64,000 nt of DNA, from contig CAVPNI010000001.1 in the NCBI GenBank assembly GCA_963706715.1, positions 160,001 to 224,000 of the forward strand, written 5' to 3'. A model generated the notes under the pieces. The model had not been told where the DNA came from, searched no databases, and saw nothing but the letters and a program-made list of their open reading frames with translations. The stretch is from an uncultured Verrucomicrobiae bacterium. GTDB lineage: Bacteria > Verrucomicrobiota > Verrucomicrobiia > Chthoniobacterales > Xiphinematobacteraceae. Made by a program: the position numbers and the translations under genes. This document shows positions 1 to 9,988 of this stretch, in pieces. Every line of letters starts with the position of its first letter. Position 1 is the first letter of the stretch.

Positions 1-530
1 CCGACTTCGCCAACTTCGTTGGTTTCTTTTAGAAGCCACCGTTGCGAATAAAGCCTTTTTTTGAACTACAAGTAGAGGTTCGCGCCACTCTGCCGACTTC
101 GCCAACTTCGTTGGTTTCTTTTAGAAGCCACCGTTGCGAATAAAGCCTTTTTTTGAACTACAAGTAGAGGTTCGCGCCACTCTGCCGACTTCGCCAACTT
201 CGTTGGTTTCTTTTAGAAGCCACCGTTGCGAATAAAGCCTTTTTTTGAACTACAAGTAGAGGTTCACGCCACTCTGCCGACTTCGCCAACTTCGTTGGTT
301 TCTTTTAGAAGCCACCGTTGCGAATAAAGCCTTTTTTTGAACTACAAGTAGAGGTTCGCGCCACTCTGCCGACTTCGCCAACTTCGTTGGTTTCTTTTAG
401 AAGCCACCGTTGCGAATAAAGCCTTTTTTTGAACTACAAGTAGAGGTTCACGCCACTCTGCCGACTTCGCCAACTTCGTTGGTTTCTTTTAGAAGCCGAT
501 AATTACAAACAATGTTTTATTGAGCTACAA
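1..530. repeat. 92-bp tandem repeat array (5 full units plus a degenerate 6th; runs off the left edge)
   Basis: Unit CCGACTTCGCCAACTTCGTTGGTTTCTTTTAGAAGCC...GCCACTCTG restarts at 1, 93, 185, 277, 369, 461; units differ only by TTCGCGCC vs TTCACGCC; the 6th unit diverges after about 497. Confidence 0.97.
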
Positions 531-706
531 ATAAAGGAAACATTGTTGGTTAGAATAGTCTTTTTTACTCCCAGAGCTCCTAAAAGTGCGTAATGTGAGT
601 TACCAAAACGAGCGCCATTTTAACTCAACTTGGTGTTGTAAGCACCGCGTAAAGCGTTTTTTAGGTTGATGCCGAAGCAAAAAGTGAATTTTATCGGGTT
701 ACGCCT

Positions 707-1117
707 ATGAAAAATTCCTGGTGGATGATTGTCACTACCGTGGTGATTTTGTTAAGCGCCTGTGCTGGGCCCACAAAACAAACCACAAGCCAAAATCGAT
801 TTGGAAGCGGCGCTACGCGGACTCCCAGTAGCGCTGAGCAAGATGCTCAGTTTGTAGGAGAACCACCTTCTCCTTCCCCAAGTCCCGGGACCCAAGAAAG
901 CCAGATATCAACGGGAGCTCCTTCCCCAGCTCCTTCTGTGACCACAACCAGTACAACCAGTGCACAAGAATTACCTTATGCAACGCCGGTTCCTGGAAAG
1001 CCCGGCCTCGTCACAAGTCCCTTTGCGCCATATGCGGGATATGTGGATGTTCGGGGCTATCCACCGGGACAAGAGGTAAAATGCCCTTATACGGGTAAGC
1101 TTTTCCGGGTTCCGTAA
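707..1117 (+). CDS. Lipoprotein with Pro/Ser/Thr-rich linker and small conserved-looking C-terminal domain
   Basis: Signal peptide with lipobox LLSAC; C-terminal PVPGKPGLVTSPFAP..GYVDVRG.PPG.EVKCPYTGKLFRVP. Confidence 0.75.
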   Translation: MKNSWWMIVTTVVILLSACAGPTKQTTSQNRFGSGATRTPSSAEQDAQFVGEPPSPSPSPGTQESQISTGAPSPAPSVTTTSTTSAQELPYATPVPGKPGLVTSPFAPYAGYVDVRGYPPGQEVKCPYTGKLFRVP

Positions 1118-1249
1118 GCCGTCTTGTTTGATTTAATGAGCGCGCCCTGCCGTTATTTGGTCGCTAGATATCGTGGCAACAACCAATCCGCTTTCAGCAA
1201 AAGCTGTTGCTTGAGCTGTTGCTTGTTGTGTTTCGCCTGACGGAAAAAA

Positions 1250-2116
1250 ATGCAAGCCGACTCGCGTTCCTTAAACACAACTTGTTCCTCTCATACGGTT
1301 GCTCTCATTGCTCCCGGGCTCATTGGGGGATCGCTGGCTTTAGCTCTGGAAAAGCGCACTGACTGGAAAATCCGCGTTTGGGCTCGCGATCAAGTATCCC
1401 TGCAGCAGGCTGAAGAAGTCCTGCATCCCTCCAAAACCTCACTAAAATTCGAAGAAATTATTCCAGGGTCAAAGATTATAGTCCTCTGCACTCCCGTGAC
1501 GGCAATGGGAAGACTGGCCCGGCAGATCTATCCTTTGTTAGATAAAGACGCGGTTGTAACCGATGTGGGAAGCGTCAAGACCGCCGTGATGAGCGAATTG
1601 GTTCCCCTTTTCAACGATCGTTTTGTAGGAGGGCATCCGATGGCGGGGTCCGAACAGAGTGGGCTCAAAGCGGCACGAGAAGATCTTTTTGAAGATGCTG
1701 TTTGTATTCTCACTCCGCTCGACTCCCCGCATCCCTGTTTACAAATGATACGGAATCTGTGGGCTGCGGTTGGATCTCGGACGGTTGAGATGACTCCCGA
1801 GGCACACGATGCGGCGGTCTCTCTGATCAGCCATTTACCACACGCCGTTGCGGCAGCCCTTGTTAACGTCGTCTGTTCGCAGAATTTGTCTTTGCAGAAA
1901 CTTTCAGGCGGAGGATATCGGGATACCACCCGAATAGCACAGGGCACTCCGGAATTATGGGTCGATATTTTCCTGGAAAATCGAGAGCCGATTCTCAAAG
2001 CTCTCTCGGAATATATGGATCAACTGAAAGCAGTATCGCATTTTTTGCGTCTTGCTGATAGTAATGCATTGAGGTCTTTCTTTGAAGAGGCAAAGGAATT
2101 TCGATCTCTCATCTAA
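1250..2116 (+). CDS. tyrA: Prephenate/arogenate dehydrogenase
   Basis: PGLIGGSLA Rossmann motif, DVGSVK, GGHPMAGSE, SHLPH, DTTRIA; upstream of aroA. Confidence 0.93.
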   Translation: MQADSRSLNTTCSSHTVALIAPGLIGGSLALALEKRTDWKIRVWARDQVSLQQAEEVLHPSKTSLKFEEIIPGSKIIVLCTPVTAMGRLARQIYPLLDKDAVVTDVGSVKTAVMSELVPLFNDRFVGGHPMAGSEQSGLKAAREDLFEDAVCILTPLDSPHPCLQMIRNLWAAVGSRTVEMTPEAHDAAVSLISHLPHAVAAALVNVVCSQNLSLQKLSGGGYRDTTRIAQGTPELWVDIFLENREPILKALSEYMDQLKAVSHFLRLADSNALRSFFEEAKEFRSLI

Positions 2117-2130
2117 GAGAATTATGAGTT

Positions 2131-3486
2131 ATGCTTAAGGTCAAATACGGTGCGCCCATCCAATGTGAAATTACTGTACCGGGAGATAAAAGCATTTCTC
2201 ATCGAGCACTCATCCTTGCCGCGCTTTCTAATGGGCCTTGCAAAATCACGAATTTCCTCCAAGGAGAAGATTGCCTTTCCACAGCGGAAGCATTGCGAAA
2301 ATTGGGTGTTCAGATTGAATTTTTTCCAGACTTCAATTTGGTTGCCGTCGAGGGATGCCATGGAAAGTTCACCCCTCCGGATAGCGACATCAACTGCGGT
2401 AACTCTGGCACCACCATGCGACTACTGGCGGGTATTTTGGCTGCCCAACCATTCCGCAGCCGTCTTGTGGGGGACGCTTCCCTCTCGCGACGTCCTATGG
2501 AACGGATCATTCAGCCTCTTTCTCTTATGGGCGCGCGCTTATCAGCCGAAGGCGAAAAAAGTTGCCCCCCCCTTGTGATTGAAGGAGGGCCATTAAAGCC
2601 AATCACCTATCGCATGCCGGTCGCTAGTGCACAAGTAAAGAGCGCTATTCTTCTTGCCAGTCTTTTCACGCAGGGCAAGACAAGCATCATCGAGCCGGGG
2701 CGAAGTCGCGATCATACGGAACGCATGTTGCAGCATTTTCTAATCCCGGTTCAACGTGAGGGACCGCAAATTTCGTTGCATGGTCCGCGTACTCCGGAGT
2801 CTCTGGATTTCCATGTACCGGGAGATATCTCCAGCGCCGCATTCTGGCTAGTGGCGGCTGCCGCCCAACCAGGCTCCCGGATCTTAATTAAAAATGTGGG
2901 CTTAAATCCAACGCGAACAGGAATTATAGACATTTTGGTTCGAATGGGCGCGCAAATCCGTGAGATCGTGGAACAAATCGAAGGCGGAGAGCCTTCGGGG
3001 AGTCTCGATATTAAGGGCGCACAATTGCGTGCCACAACAATTGAAGGAGATGAAATTCCGAACGTTATTGATGAACTTCCCATTCTGGCAGTTGCGGGAG
3101 CATTGGCTGAAGGAAAAACGATTATCCGCGATGCGGAAGAACTCCGAGTGAAAGAAACAGATCGCATTGCCGCAATCGTAGCTAACTTGCGAGCAATGGG
3201 AGTCAACCTAGTGGAACGTGATGACGGAATGGAAATCCTGGGAAAGCGTCCACTGAAGGGGGCGCGACTAAAAAGTTTTGGCGACCATCGAATCGCAATG
3301 GCATTTGGGATCGCAGGGTTATTTGCTCAGGGTGAGACGGTCATTGAAGATACCGGCTGCATTCGCACTTCCTATCCTGGTTACGAAAAAGCTTTGCACA
3401 AAATTCAGAAAGGGGACGGCTTTCTCAAGCGCCGGACGCCAGTTATTAAAATGCTCAATTTTAAGCAACGTGGAAGTCATCCATAA
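2131..3486 (+). CDS. aroA: EPSP synthase
   Basis: PGDKSISHR, GNSGTTMR, SAQVKSA, LRVKETDR, DHRIAMAF motifs. Confidence 0.97.
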   Translation: MLKVKYGAPIQCEITVPGDKSISHRALILAALSNGPCKITNFLQGEDCLSTAEALRKLGVQIEFFPDFNLVAVEGCHGKFTPPDSDINCGNSGTTMRLLAGILAAQPFRSRLVGDASLSRRPMERIIQPLSLMGARLSAEGEKSCPPLVIEGGPLKPITYRMPVASAQVKSAILLASLFTQGKTSIIEPGRSRDHTERMLQHFLIPVQREGPQISLHGPRTPESLDFHVPGDISSAAFWLVAAAAQPGSRILIKNVGLNPTRTGIIDILVRMGAQIREIVEQIEGGEPSGSLDIKGAQLRATTIEGDEIPNVIDELPILAVAGALAEGKTIIRDAEELRVKETDRIAAIVANLRAMGVNLVERDDGMEILGKRPLKGARLKSFGDHRIAMAFGIAGLFAQGETVIEDTGCIRTSYPGYEKALHKIQKGDGFLKRRTPVIKMLNFKQRGSHP

Positions 3487-3492
3487 GATTAG

Positions 3493-4149
3493 ATGTTTCC
3501 GATCATTGCCATCGATGGGCCGGCCGCCTCCGGCAAAAGCAGCGTTGCCCAGAAAGTAGCCTCTCGTTTGGGTATCACCTTTGTCAGCTCCGGTGAGCTT
3601 TATCGCGCGGTCACTTGGGCTGCTTTGGAAGCAGGTGTCAGTGCGGAAAATGAGGAGGCACTGGATACTTTTCTTATTTCCACTGAGATCTCCAGCCAGA
3701 AACTCGGAAACAAAGTCATTTTCTTCCTTGACGGAAAAGAAGCAGCTCATCACTTAGATGACTCGCAAGTAAATCGAAATGTTTCGCTTTTTTCCCAATC
3801 GCCAAAATTTCGTACCGCACTCTTGCAAATATTCCGCAACCTGGGAAACTGTTTTCCTCTTGTAATGGAAGGCCGAGACATCGGCTCTGTCGTGTTTCCG
3901 GAGACCCCTTATAAATTTTATTTAAATGCTCTCGAAAAAGAGCGTGAACGTCGGCGAGCCGCACAAGAAATCTCCGATACCATCGCTCATCGCGATCAAC
4001 TGGACTCGAGCCGAAAAGTCGCCCCACTTAAAATCCCTCAAGATGCATACGTGCTCGATACCACAAGTTTGAGTTTGGATGAGGTTGTAAATAAGGTTTT
4101 GGAGGTGCTTAAGAGCAAATTTTTTGCCATGGGCCTTTCAACAGAATAG
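3493..4149 (+). CDS. cmk: Cytidylate kinase
   Basis: IAIDGPAASGKS P-loop, EGRDIGSVVFP, RD..DSSR.VAPL. Confidence 0.95.
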   Translation: MFPIIAIDGPAASGKSSVAQKVASRLGITFVSSGELYRAVTWAALEAGVSAENEEALDTFLISTEISSQKLGNKVIFFLDGKEAAHHLDDSQVNRNVSLFSQSPKFRTALLQIFRNLGNCFPLVMEGRDIGSVVFPETPYKFYLNALEKERERRRAAQEISDTIAHRDQLDSSRKVAPLKIPQDAYVLDTTSLSLDEVVNKVLEVLKSKFFAMGLSTE

Positions 4150-4185
4150 GAGTAGCAACTGTTTCCCCCGCCGCCGCCTCATCAA

Positions 4186-4815
4186 ATGACGCTTGTTTAC
4201 AATATTGGCTACCACCTTTCCAAACTGGTCGCCGCTGCCCTGTTCCGATACCGGGTCATTCACCCGGAACGAATGATTGAGAAAGGCGGCCTAATTTTAG
4301 CTGTTAATCATTCCAGCTATTTTGATCCTCCACTCGCTGGCATTTGTTCGCGGAGAGACGTTTACTTTCTTGCTCGCAGGACGCTCCTCCAATGGCCTAT
4401 CTTGGGCCCGCTATTTCCGGACATGAATGTCATCCCGGTGGATCGGGATGGTACGGATCGGACCGCATTAAAGACAATCGTTCGCAAAATTCGCGAAGGC
4501 AATGGTGTAGTTCTTTTTCCGGAGGGAACCCGTTCGAAAAATGGAAATTTACAGGCAGCGCGACCCGGATTGGGTTTGATTATTGCGAAAACAGTCTGTC
4601 CTGTGCTGCCAATGCGTATTTTCGGTGCGGCTGACGCATTTCCCAGGAGCGCGAAAATCCCTCGGCCGGTACGCATCACCACAGTGATCGGAAAGCCCTT
4701 GTATTTCTCAGAAGCAGATACCCTTCCTGCTTCAAAAGAAACCTATTCGCAAATCAGCCAGCGAGTCATGGATACCATCGGCGCTCTCCAACTGGAAGAA
4801 AACCATGAATCGTGA
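4186..4815 (+). CDS. plsC: 1-acyl-sn-glycerol-3-phosphate acyltransferase
   Basis: NHSSYFD and FPEGTRS motifs; follows cmk. Confidence 0.9.
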   Translation: MTLVYNIGYHLSKLVAAALFRYRVIHPERMIEKGGLILAVNHSSYFDPPLAGICSRRDVYFLARRTLLQWPILGPLFPDMNVIPVDRDGTDRTALKTIVRKIREGNGVVLFPEGTRSKNGNLQAARPGLGLIIAKTVCPVLPMRIFGAADAFPRSAKIPRPVRITTVIGKPLYFSEADTLPASKETYSQISQRVMDTIGALQLEENHES

Positions 4816-5017
4816 CCCTTCGCTTCGTTTCGCCTTAATAGCAAGCTGCATTTTTTTGGTATTAGGGTATATTTTAGGACGAATGCATTCAGAAGATCCC
4901 ATTCAAATTCGAGTTCTCCCGCTTAAGCACCCTCTGGGAGCTGAAATAATTAAATCTCTTCCTGTGCCCAATAGGGCCGAACCGGATCTCCTTTCTTTCC
5001 AGCGCTCACTCCGCTGA
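4805..5017 (+). CDS. Small membrane-anchored hypothetical protein
   Basis: Overlaps the plsC stop; one N-terminal hydrophobic helix. Confidence 0.5.
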   Translation: MNRDPSLRFALIASCIFLVLGYILGRMHSEDPIQIRVLPLKHPLGAEIIKSLPVPNRAEPDLLSFQRSLR

Positions 5018-5029
5018 AGCTTATATATA

Positions 5030-5133
5030 TAGCGAAATTCATATAAAATGATAACGCCTTTGGCGTCCTTTTTGCCTCGCTTGGCGGGAGCCAAGCGCAT
5101 CAAATCCATTATCATTTTATATGAATTTCGCTA
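5030..5133. mobile_element. MITE, IS630-related, 104-bp short form
   Basis: Perfect 25-bp TIR TAGCGAAATTCATATAAAATGATAA flanked by TA on both sides; interior resembles the 160/243-bp MITEs. Confidence 0.85.
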
Positions 5134-5170
5134 TATTCTCTAAATATTATTTAACGCACTGCTTATTACT

Positions 5171-6982
5171 ATGGATTTATTGGAAGACTTGCAAAACCAC
5201 GTGATTTGTGGTGATGGAGCAATGGGAACATTACTGATTGAACGTGGAGTGGCATTGAATCGCTGCTTCGAAGAGCTCAATATTCACTCTCCTGACGTTG
5301 TGCGGCAAGTTCACGAAGATTACATTCATGCGGACGCTCAGATCATTGGTACAAATTCTTTTGCAGCCAATGGATATAAGCTTTCTCGCTTTGGTTTGGA
5401 AAATCGTGTGAATGAAATCAATTGGCGTGCGGCACAACTGGCACAGCAAACTGCTAAGGGCCGCCATATTTATGTTGCCGGCAGTGTCGGTCCAATTGGT
5501 CTTTCCGCCGTCGAGGCCACTGAACGCGGTCTCGATCGAAAAGCTCTTTTCCGCGAACAGATCGGCGCCCTTCTGGACGGCGGCGTGGACCTTGTATTTT
5601 TCGAAACATTTCAAGATCCGGAAGAATTGGCCCTTGCGCTCTATATCAAGCAATCGCTCCATCACTGCCCTGCTATCTGTTCTCTGGTTTGCAATGAATC
5701 AGGCTGTCTTTCCAATGGCGCTTCCTTAGTGGAAGCGTTTCATTTTTTGAAGGAACGCGATGCTGATGTCATAGGCATCAATTGTATCAGTGGTCCTCAT
5801 CGTGCGCTTCGATTATTGGAATTGATACCGGAAGGGGCGCCTCTCGCTGCCTATCCAAATGCAGGCCGCCCCCGTTACCACGAAGGACGATACCTTTATG
5901 AAGCGACGCCGGGTTATTTCGCAGAGCAAGCGGTTGCTATGGTCGCTGCGGGCGCCAAAATTATCGGTGGGTGCTGCGGAACGACACCCGCTCATATTGC
6001 CGCACTTTCCAAGGCAATTCGTGGATTAGTGCCCGCCCAAAAAAAACGAGTCCGCATCCTGCAAGAGCTCCCGGAGCCAGCACCCGCACCTCTTGGCGAG
6101 GAAAGTATTTTGGACCGGTGGCATAGCGGAAAAATAGTGATTCTTACTGAGTTGGATCCACCCAAAACACTTTGCTTGGAAAAATACTTTGTCGCAGCTC
6201 GTGCACTTATGGAATCCGGGGGTGATGTCATCACCCTAGCCGATAATTCCCTTGCAATTTTACGGGTCAGCAATCTCGCCGTAGGTGCCATGCTGAAAGA
6301 ACGTGGAATTACACCGTTACTTCACCTTAGCTGCCGGGATCGTAATTTGCTGGGGCTGCAAAGTGATCTGATGGGCATGGCGGCTCTCGGCATGCGGCAT
6401 GTGCTCCCGTTGACAGGTGACCCCGCCAAAGCAGGTGATCATCCGGGTGCAAACTCAGTCTACGATGTCAATTCAATCCAATTGTTGGAGATTATTCGGC
6501 GGCTCAATGACGGATTTACTCAGTCCGGCAGGGATCTCAAAAGGCGTTGTGATTTTGTCGCAGGGTGCACCTTCAATCCAAATGCAAAAAACCTCGATGC
6601 CCAAATTTCCCGTTTGGAACGCAAAATGGCCGCCGGAGCGCAATACGTCATGACTCAGCCAATCTTTGACCCCAAATTAGCCGAAGCCATCGCCACAAGA
6701 ACACAGCACTTCGGAATCCCGGTCTTTTTGGGCGTTTGGCCTCTCCTAAATGGCCGTCAAGCACGTTTTCTCCACAATGAAGTTCCTGGCATCACCATTC
6801 CTGACTCCATCCTAGGACGTATGGAGGGACTTGAAGGCACTGAAGGCCGCAAGGAGGGAATTTCCATTGCGCGTGAGATTGCCCAAGCGGTCCTCGATCA
6901 TTTTTCAGGAATTTATCTGATCACACCATTTCTCGCCTATGAAACCACGGCCGAACTAACGGAATGGATTCGCGCTCAATAA
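5171..6982 (+). CDS. yitJ: Bifunctional homocysteine S-methyltransferase / methylenetetrahydrofolate reductase
   Basis: DGAMGT, GINC, GGCCGTTPAHI, then MTHFR motifs ELDPP, CRDRN, TGDP, TQP. Confidence 0.92.
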   Translation: MDLLEDLQNHVICGDGAMGTLLIERGVALNRCFEELNIHSPDVVRQVHEDYIHADAQIIGTNSFAANGYKLSRFGLENRVNEINWRAAQLAQQTAKGRHIYVAGSVGPIGLSAVEATERGLDRKALFREQIGALLDGGVDLVFFETFQDPEELALALYIKQSLHHCPAICSLVCNESGCLSNGASLVEAFHFLKERDADVIGINCISGPHRALRLLELIPEGAPLAAYPNAGRPRYHEGRYLYEATPGYFAEQAVAMVAAGAKIIGGCCGTTPAHIAALSKAIRGLVPAQKKRVRILQELPEPAPAPLGEESILDRWHSGKIVILTELDPPKTLCLEKYFVAARALMESGGDVITLADNSLAILRVSNLAVGAMLKERGITPLLHLSCRDRNLLGLQSDLMGMAALGMRHVLPLTGDPAKAGDHPGANSVYDVNSIQLLEIIRRLNDGFTQSGRDLKRRCDFVAGCTFNPNAKNLDAQISRLERKMAAGAQYVMTQPIFDPKLAEAIATRTQHFGIPVFLGVWPLLNGRQARFLHNEVPGITIPDSILGRMEGLEGTEGRKEGISIAREIAQAVLDHFSGIYLITPFLAYETTAELTEWIRAQ

Positions 6983-7026
6983 TCATTGAGCTTTAAAATA
7001 TATTTAACTATCTTGCAATTAATCTG

Positions 7027-7287
7027 TTAAACAGATGCAAGCGCTTTGGAGATGACAGATTTCTTGCGATTTACCAAGTTTTTATGGATGACGCCCTTTT
7101 GGGCAGCCTTATCGAGACAAGAAGATAAAGCGACGAGCGCTGAATGAATTGTCTCTTTTTTTCCTTCTTGAACCGCAGCACGGAATTTCTTTTGCTGCGT
7201 TTTCAATGTATTGATAATACTCGCGTTACGGGCTGTCCTCACTACGCTTTGACGCGCACGCTTGGCAGCTGATTTTATGTTGGCCAT
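7027..7287 (-). CDS. rpsT: 30S ribosomal protein S20
   Basis: MANIKSAAKRARQ...LDKAAQKGVIHKN...RKKS. Confidence 0.97.
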   Translation of the reverse strand: MANIKSAAKRARQSVVRTARNASIINTLKTQQKKFRAAVQEGKKETIHSALVALSSCLDKAAQKGVIHKNLVNRKKSVISKALASV

Positions 7288-7317
7288 GGAATGGAATATA
7301 GTTATTGCTTACGGATG

Positions 7318-7389
7318 TGCCAGGGGGGAGAATTGAACTCCCGACCAAGGGCTTATGAGTCCCCTGCTCTACCTCTGAGCTACCCTGGC
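7318..7389 (-). tRNA. tRNA with CAT anticodon (Ile2 or elongator Met); CCA not encoded
   Basis: GCCAGGG TA GCTCAGAGGTAGAGC A GGGGA CTCATAA GCCCT TGGTC GGGAG TTCAATT CTCCC CCCTGGC A folds as a cloverleaf. Confidence 0.92.
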
Positions 7390-7610
7390 GTGGGCAATAC
7401 ATCCTAAACAGGAAGGAATGCCAGTCAAGCCTGACCCCGCTGTTTGGGGGGAACTTTATAGGCGCTACCGTGCCATCAAAAAACACCAAAAAATAAATCC
7501 AAAAACTAAAAAAACCAATTAAACTAATCCGACCCCAAACACAAAAACGCTGATACTACCGGTCCTGCGACAGTCACTGGGTACTCCTGGAAGTCGTAAT
7601 CTAATGCTTT

Positions 7611-7965
7611 GGAGAGTATTTACCTAAAGATAGATACAAATTTTTTCTGGAAGTGAGAAAAAATATGTTGAGTAGTAAGAGCGCACCAAAGCTTAATGGA
7701 ATCGTAAACCATTAAAAGAGGCTTTCCCCAAGCTATACAAAAGGACACAAAGCGCCTTTTTAGCCGCAATTTTAGAATTCGTACGCTTATCTTGTGGGAT
7801 AAAATTCAGCCCGCATTCTTTGCATTTATAGCGCTGATGTCCTCGCACTTTTCCGTTTTTGACTATGCTTTTCCCCTCACATTTTTTACACTTCATTGTT
7901 TCTTTTAATTTACTTGAGGGGAATACCTTCTGTCTCAAATATCTATCCCTATGTCAATACTCTCC
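7611..7965 (-). mobile_element. Internally deleted IS1-family element retaining both ends
   Basis: Imperfect IRs GGAGAGTATTTACCTAAAGATAGATA / GGAGAGTATTGACATAGGGATAGATA; InsA-like CxxC..CxxC start (7938) fused out of frame to a transposase C-terminus; 7712-7960 nearly identical to 14965-15213. Confidence 0.8.
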
Positions 7966-8024
7966 AGCTGTAAACGACGTCCTTTCGCATCTGCTTGCTT
8001 CTAAAAGAAACCGACGAAGTCGGC
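7966..8024 (-). repeat. Dispersed palindromic repeat copy, abutting the IS1 remnant
   Basis: Reverse complement reads GCCGACTTCGTCGGTTTCTTTTAGAAGC..., matching the array unit. Confidence 0.8.
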
Positions 8025-8065
8025 TGTTCAGGGACAAAAGTTGAAAAGCACTTTTAAAGCTAAAC

Positions 8066-8395
8066 ATGAACAATTTACTCGATTCTCCAACACAAAAAAC
8101 ATCATCCGCACAGAAATCCTTTTGTTCTGAGAACGCTAGTGGTACCTTCCTCCATAAGCAACTTGATGAAAAGTTGAGAAAAGGATTTTCCGACAACTCA
8201 GCCAGAATTATGAGCGAAACATTGATGGAATTTGCAGAATATCAGGAGGATAAACTCATGAAACGCATGGATAAAATCGTTGCCGACCTCATGCAACAAA
8301 TCGACCAGCGTCTCTTGCGGTTTGCCGCAGATTTTCACAAGGAACTTCACAAGAAACTCCATCTTCTTACCTGGAGATTCATTAATGCGAAGTAG
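8066..8395 (+). CDS. Hypothetical coiled-coil protein, possibly truncated
   Basis: 109-aa ORF with a helical charged pattern, lying between two palindromic repeat copies. Confidence 0.5.
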   Translation: MNNLLDSPTQKTSSAQKSFCSENASGTFLHKQLDEKLRKGFSDNSARIMSETLMEFAEYQEDKLMKRMDKIVADLMQQIDQRLLRFAADFHKELHKKLHLLTWRFINAK

Positions 8396-8417
8396 CTACG
8401 GGATAAGAAGTGCCCAG

Positions 8418-8500
8418 TTACGCTGGTCTCTTTTAGAAGCTACAATTGCAAATGAGATCTTTGACAACTGCGAGCTTCTAAAAAAGACGAAATGAAGACC
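8418..8500 (+). repeat. Dispersed palindromic repeat copy
   Basis: GGTCTCTTTTAGAAGC-TACAATTGCAAATGAGATCTTTGACAACTGCGA-GCTTCTAAAAAAGAC. Confidence 0.75.
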
Positions 8501-8608
8501 GCTAGCAGGACAACAGGGGATCTCGTTTTGGAAAAGTTCGGCGCACACCTTCAGAGCTTCTGGAAAATCTTTTAAGACCAGCCAGGAAAACCAAATAAAT
8601 CAGAAATC

Positions 8609-9988
8609 ATGTTTAGTCGGCTCGGAGAAAAATTGCAGGATGTTCTAAAGGACCTACGGGGTCACGGACGTATCACGGAGTCCAATATCACCGAGGCCCT
8701 CAGAGAAGTCCGCATAGCCCTGCTGGAAGCAGATGTTCACCTCCAGGTAGCCAAGGACTTCATTGCAAAAATAAAGGAAAAGGCCATGGGGGAAGCGGTC
8801 TTGCGGAGCATTTCTCCAGGGCAACAGATCGTAAAAATTTTTCACGATGAGTTGACCGAACTTTTAGGCGGTGACGCAGCACCCTTGAGCCTTGCGTCTC
8901 CCAGCCATATCCTGCTCGTGGGTCTCAACGGAGCAGGCAAAACCACTTCCGCCGCAAAATTAGCACGCCTCCTTAAGGCACAAGGCCGCAAGCCGCTGTT
9001 AGTAGCGCTTGACCTGGCTCGACCAGCAGCCATTGACCAATTGGCAGCTCTTGCGCAGCAAGTCGGAGTTCCCGTTTTCCGGCCCCAACCTTCGGAAAAA
9101 AATGTCATGCGAGCAACTGCGGAAGCCTTGCGATGGTGTGAAACCCAGGAAGGAGACGTTCAAATTTTTGATACCGCAGGCCGCCAAGATCTGGATGATG
9201 CACTCATCGCGGAGTTACGCGAAGTTAAGAGACTCCTCTCCCCTCAGGAGGTTCTTTTGGTCTGCGATGCAGCAACAGGCCAGCAAGCGGTCCGAGTAGC
9301 GGAGTGCTTCCATGAAGCCGTTTCGCTCACCGGTCTGATTCTCACCAAGTTGGATGGAGATGCCCGGGGTGGGGCAGCACTCTCACTCCGTCAGATGACC
9401 CAGCAACCAATCAAATTTTCCGGTGTGGGGGAAAAGTTAGATCAATTTGAAACATTTCATCCGGAAAGACTTGCTGGAAGAATCCTAGGGATGGGAGACA
9501 TCGTTGGCCTAGTGGAAAAGGCGGCAGAATCCATCGATGAAGAGGAGGCTCGCCGCCTTGAAGAGCGCCTGCGAACGGCAAATTTTAACCTTACGGACTT
9601 CCTTCAACAGATGCGCATGATGCGCAAAATGGGGCCACTGGAAAATCTCCTTGGCATGTTGCCTGGTATGGCTAACATGAAGGGTCCTGGGGTTGATGAA
9701 AAACAACTTTCGCGATCGGAGGCTATATTGCTTTCTATGACGCCGCAGGAGCGGACGCGTCCCGACATTTTGAATGCGCGTCGGCGCCAGCGCGTTGCTC
9801 GCGGAAGTGGTACTACCATCACCGAAGTAAACAACCTGCTCCTTCGCTTTAACCAGATCCGGAAATTGATGAAAAACTCGGGTAAAATCAAAAAAATGAT
9901 GGCTCAATTTGGACGAATGGGTGGCAGGGAACAGGGAAGCCTTCCCATGAAGGCTGTTACTCAATTAAAAAAACAATTATGGCAGTAA
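8609..9988 (+). CDS. ffh: Signal recognition particle protein
   Basis: GLNGAGKTT, DTAGR, TKLDGDARGG, Met-rich M domain. Confidence 0.97.
   Translation: MFSRLGEKLQDVLKDLRGHGRITESNITEALREVRIALLEADVHLQVAKDFIAKIKEKAMGEAVLRSISPGQQIVKIFHDELTELLGGDAAPLSLASPSHILLVGLNGAGKTTSAAKLARLLKAQGRKPLLVALDLARPAAIDQLAALAQQVGVPVFRPQPSEKNVMRATAEALRWCETQEGDVQIFDTAGRQDLDDALIAELREVKRLLSPQEVLLVCDAATGQQAVRVAECFHEAVSLTGLILTKLDGDARGGAALSLRQMTQQPIKFSGVGEKLDQFETFHPERLAGRILGMGDIVGLVEKAAESIDEEEARRLEERLRTANFNLTDFLQQMRMMRKMGPLENLLGMLPGMANMKGPGVDEKQLSRSEAILLSMTPQERTRPDILNARRRQRVARGSGTTITEVNNLLLRFNQIRKLMKNSGKIKKMMAQFGRMGGREQGSLPMKAVTQLKKQLWQ

Noticed and set aside
1..530. CRISPR array
   Set aside because: Whole 92-bp units are identical apart from one SNP; no variable spacers and no cas genes in the window.
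4903..5115. Short ORFs sharing KGVIILY (also 13770, 55369 and the 57207 N-terminus)
   Set aside because: The similarity comes from reading through MITE terminal repeats, not from a protein family.
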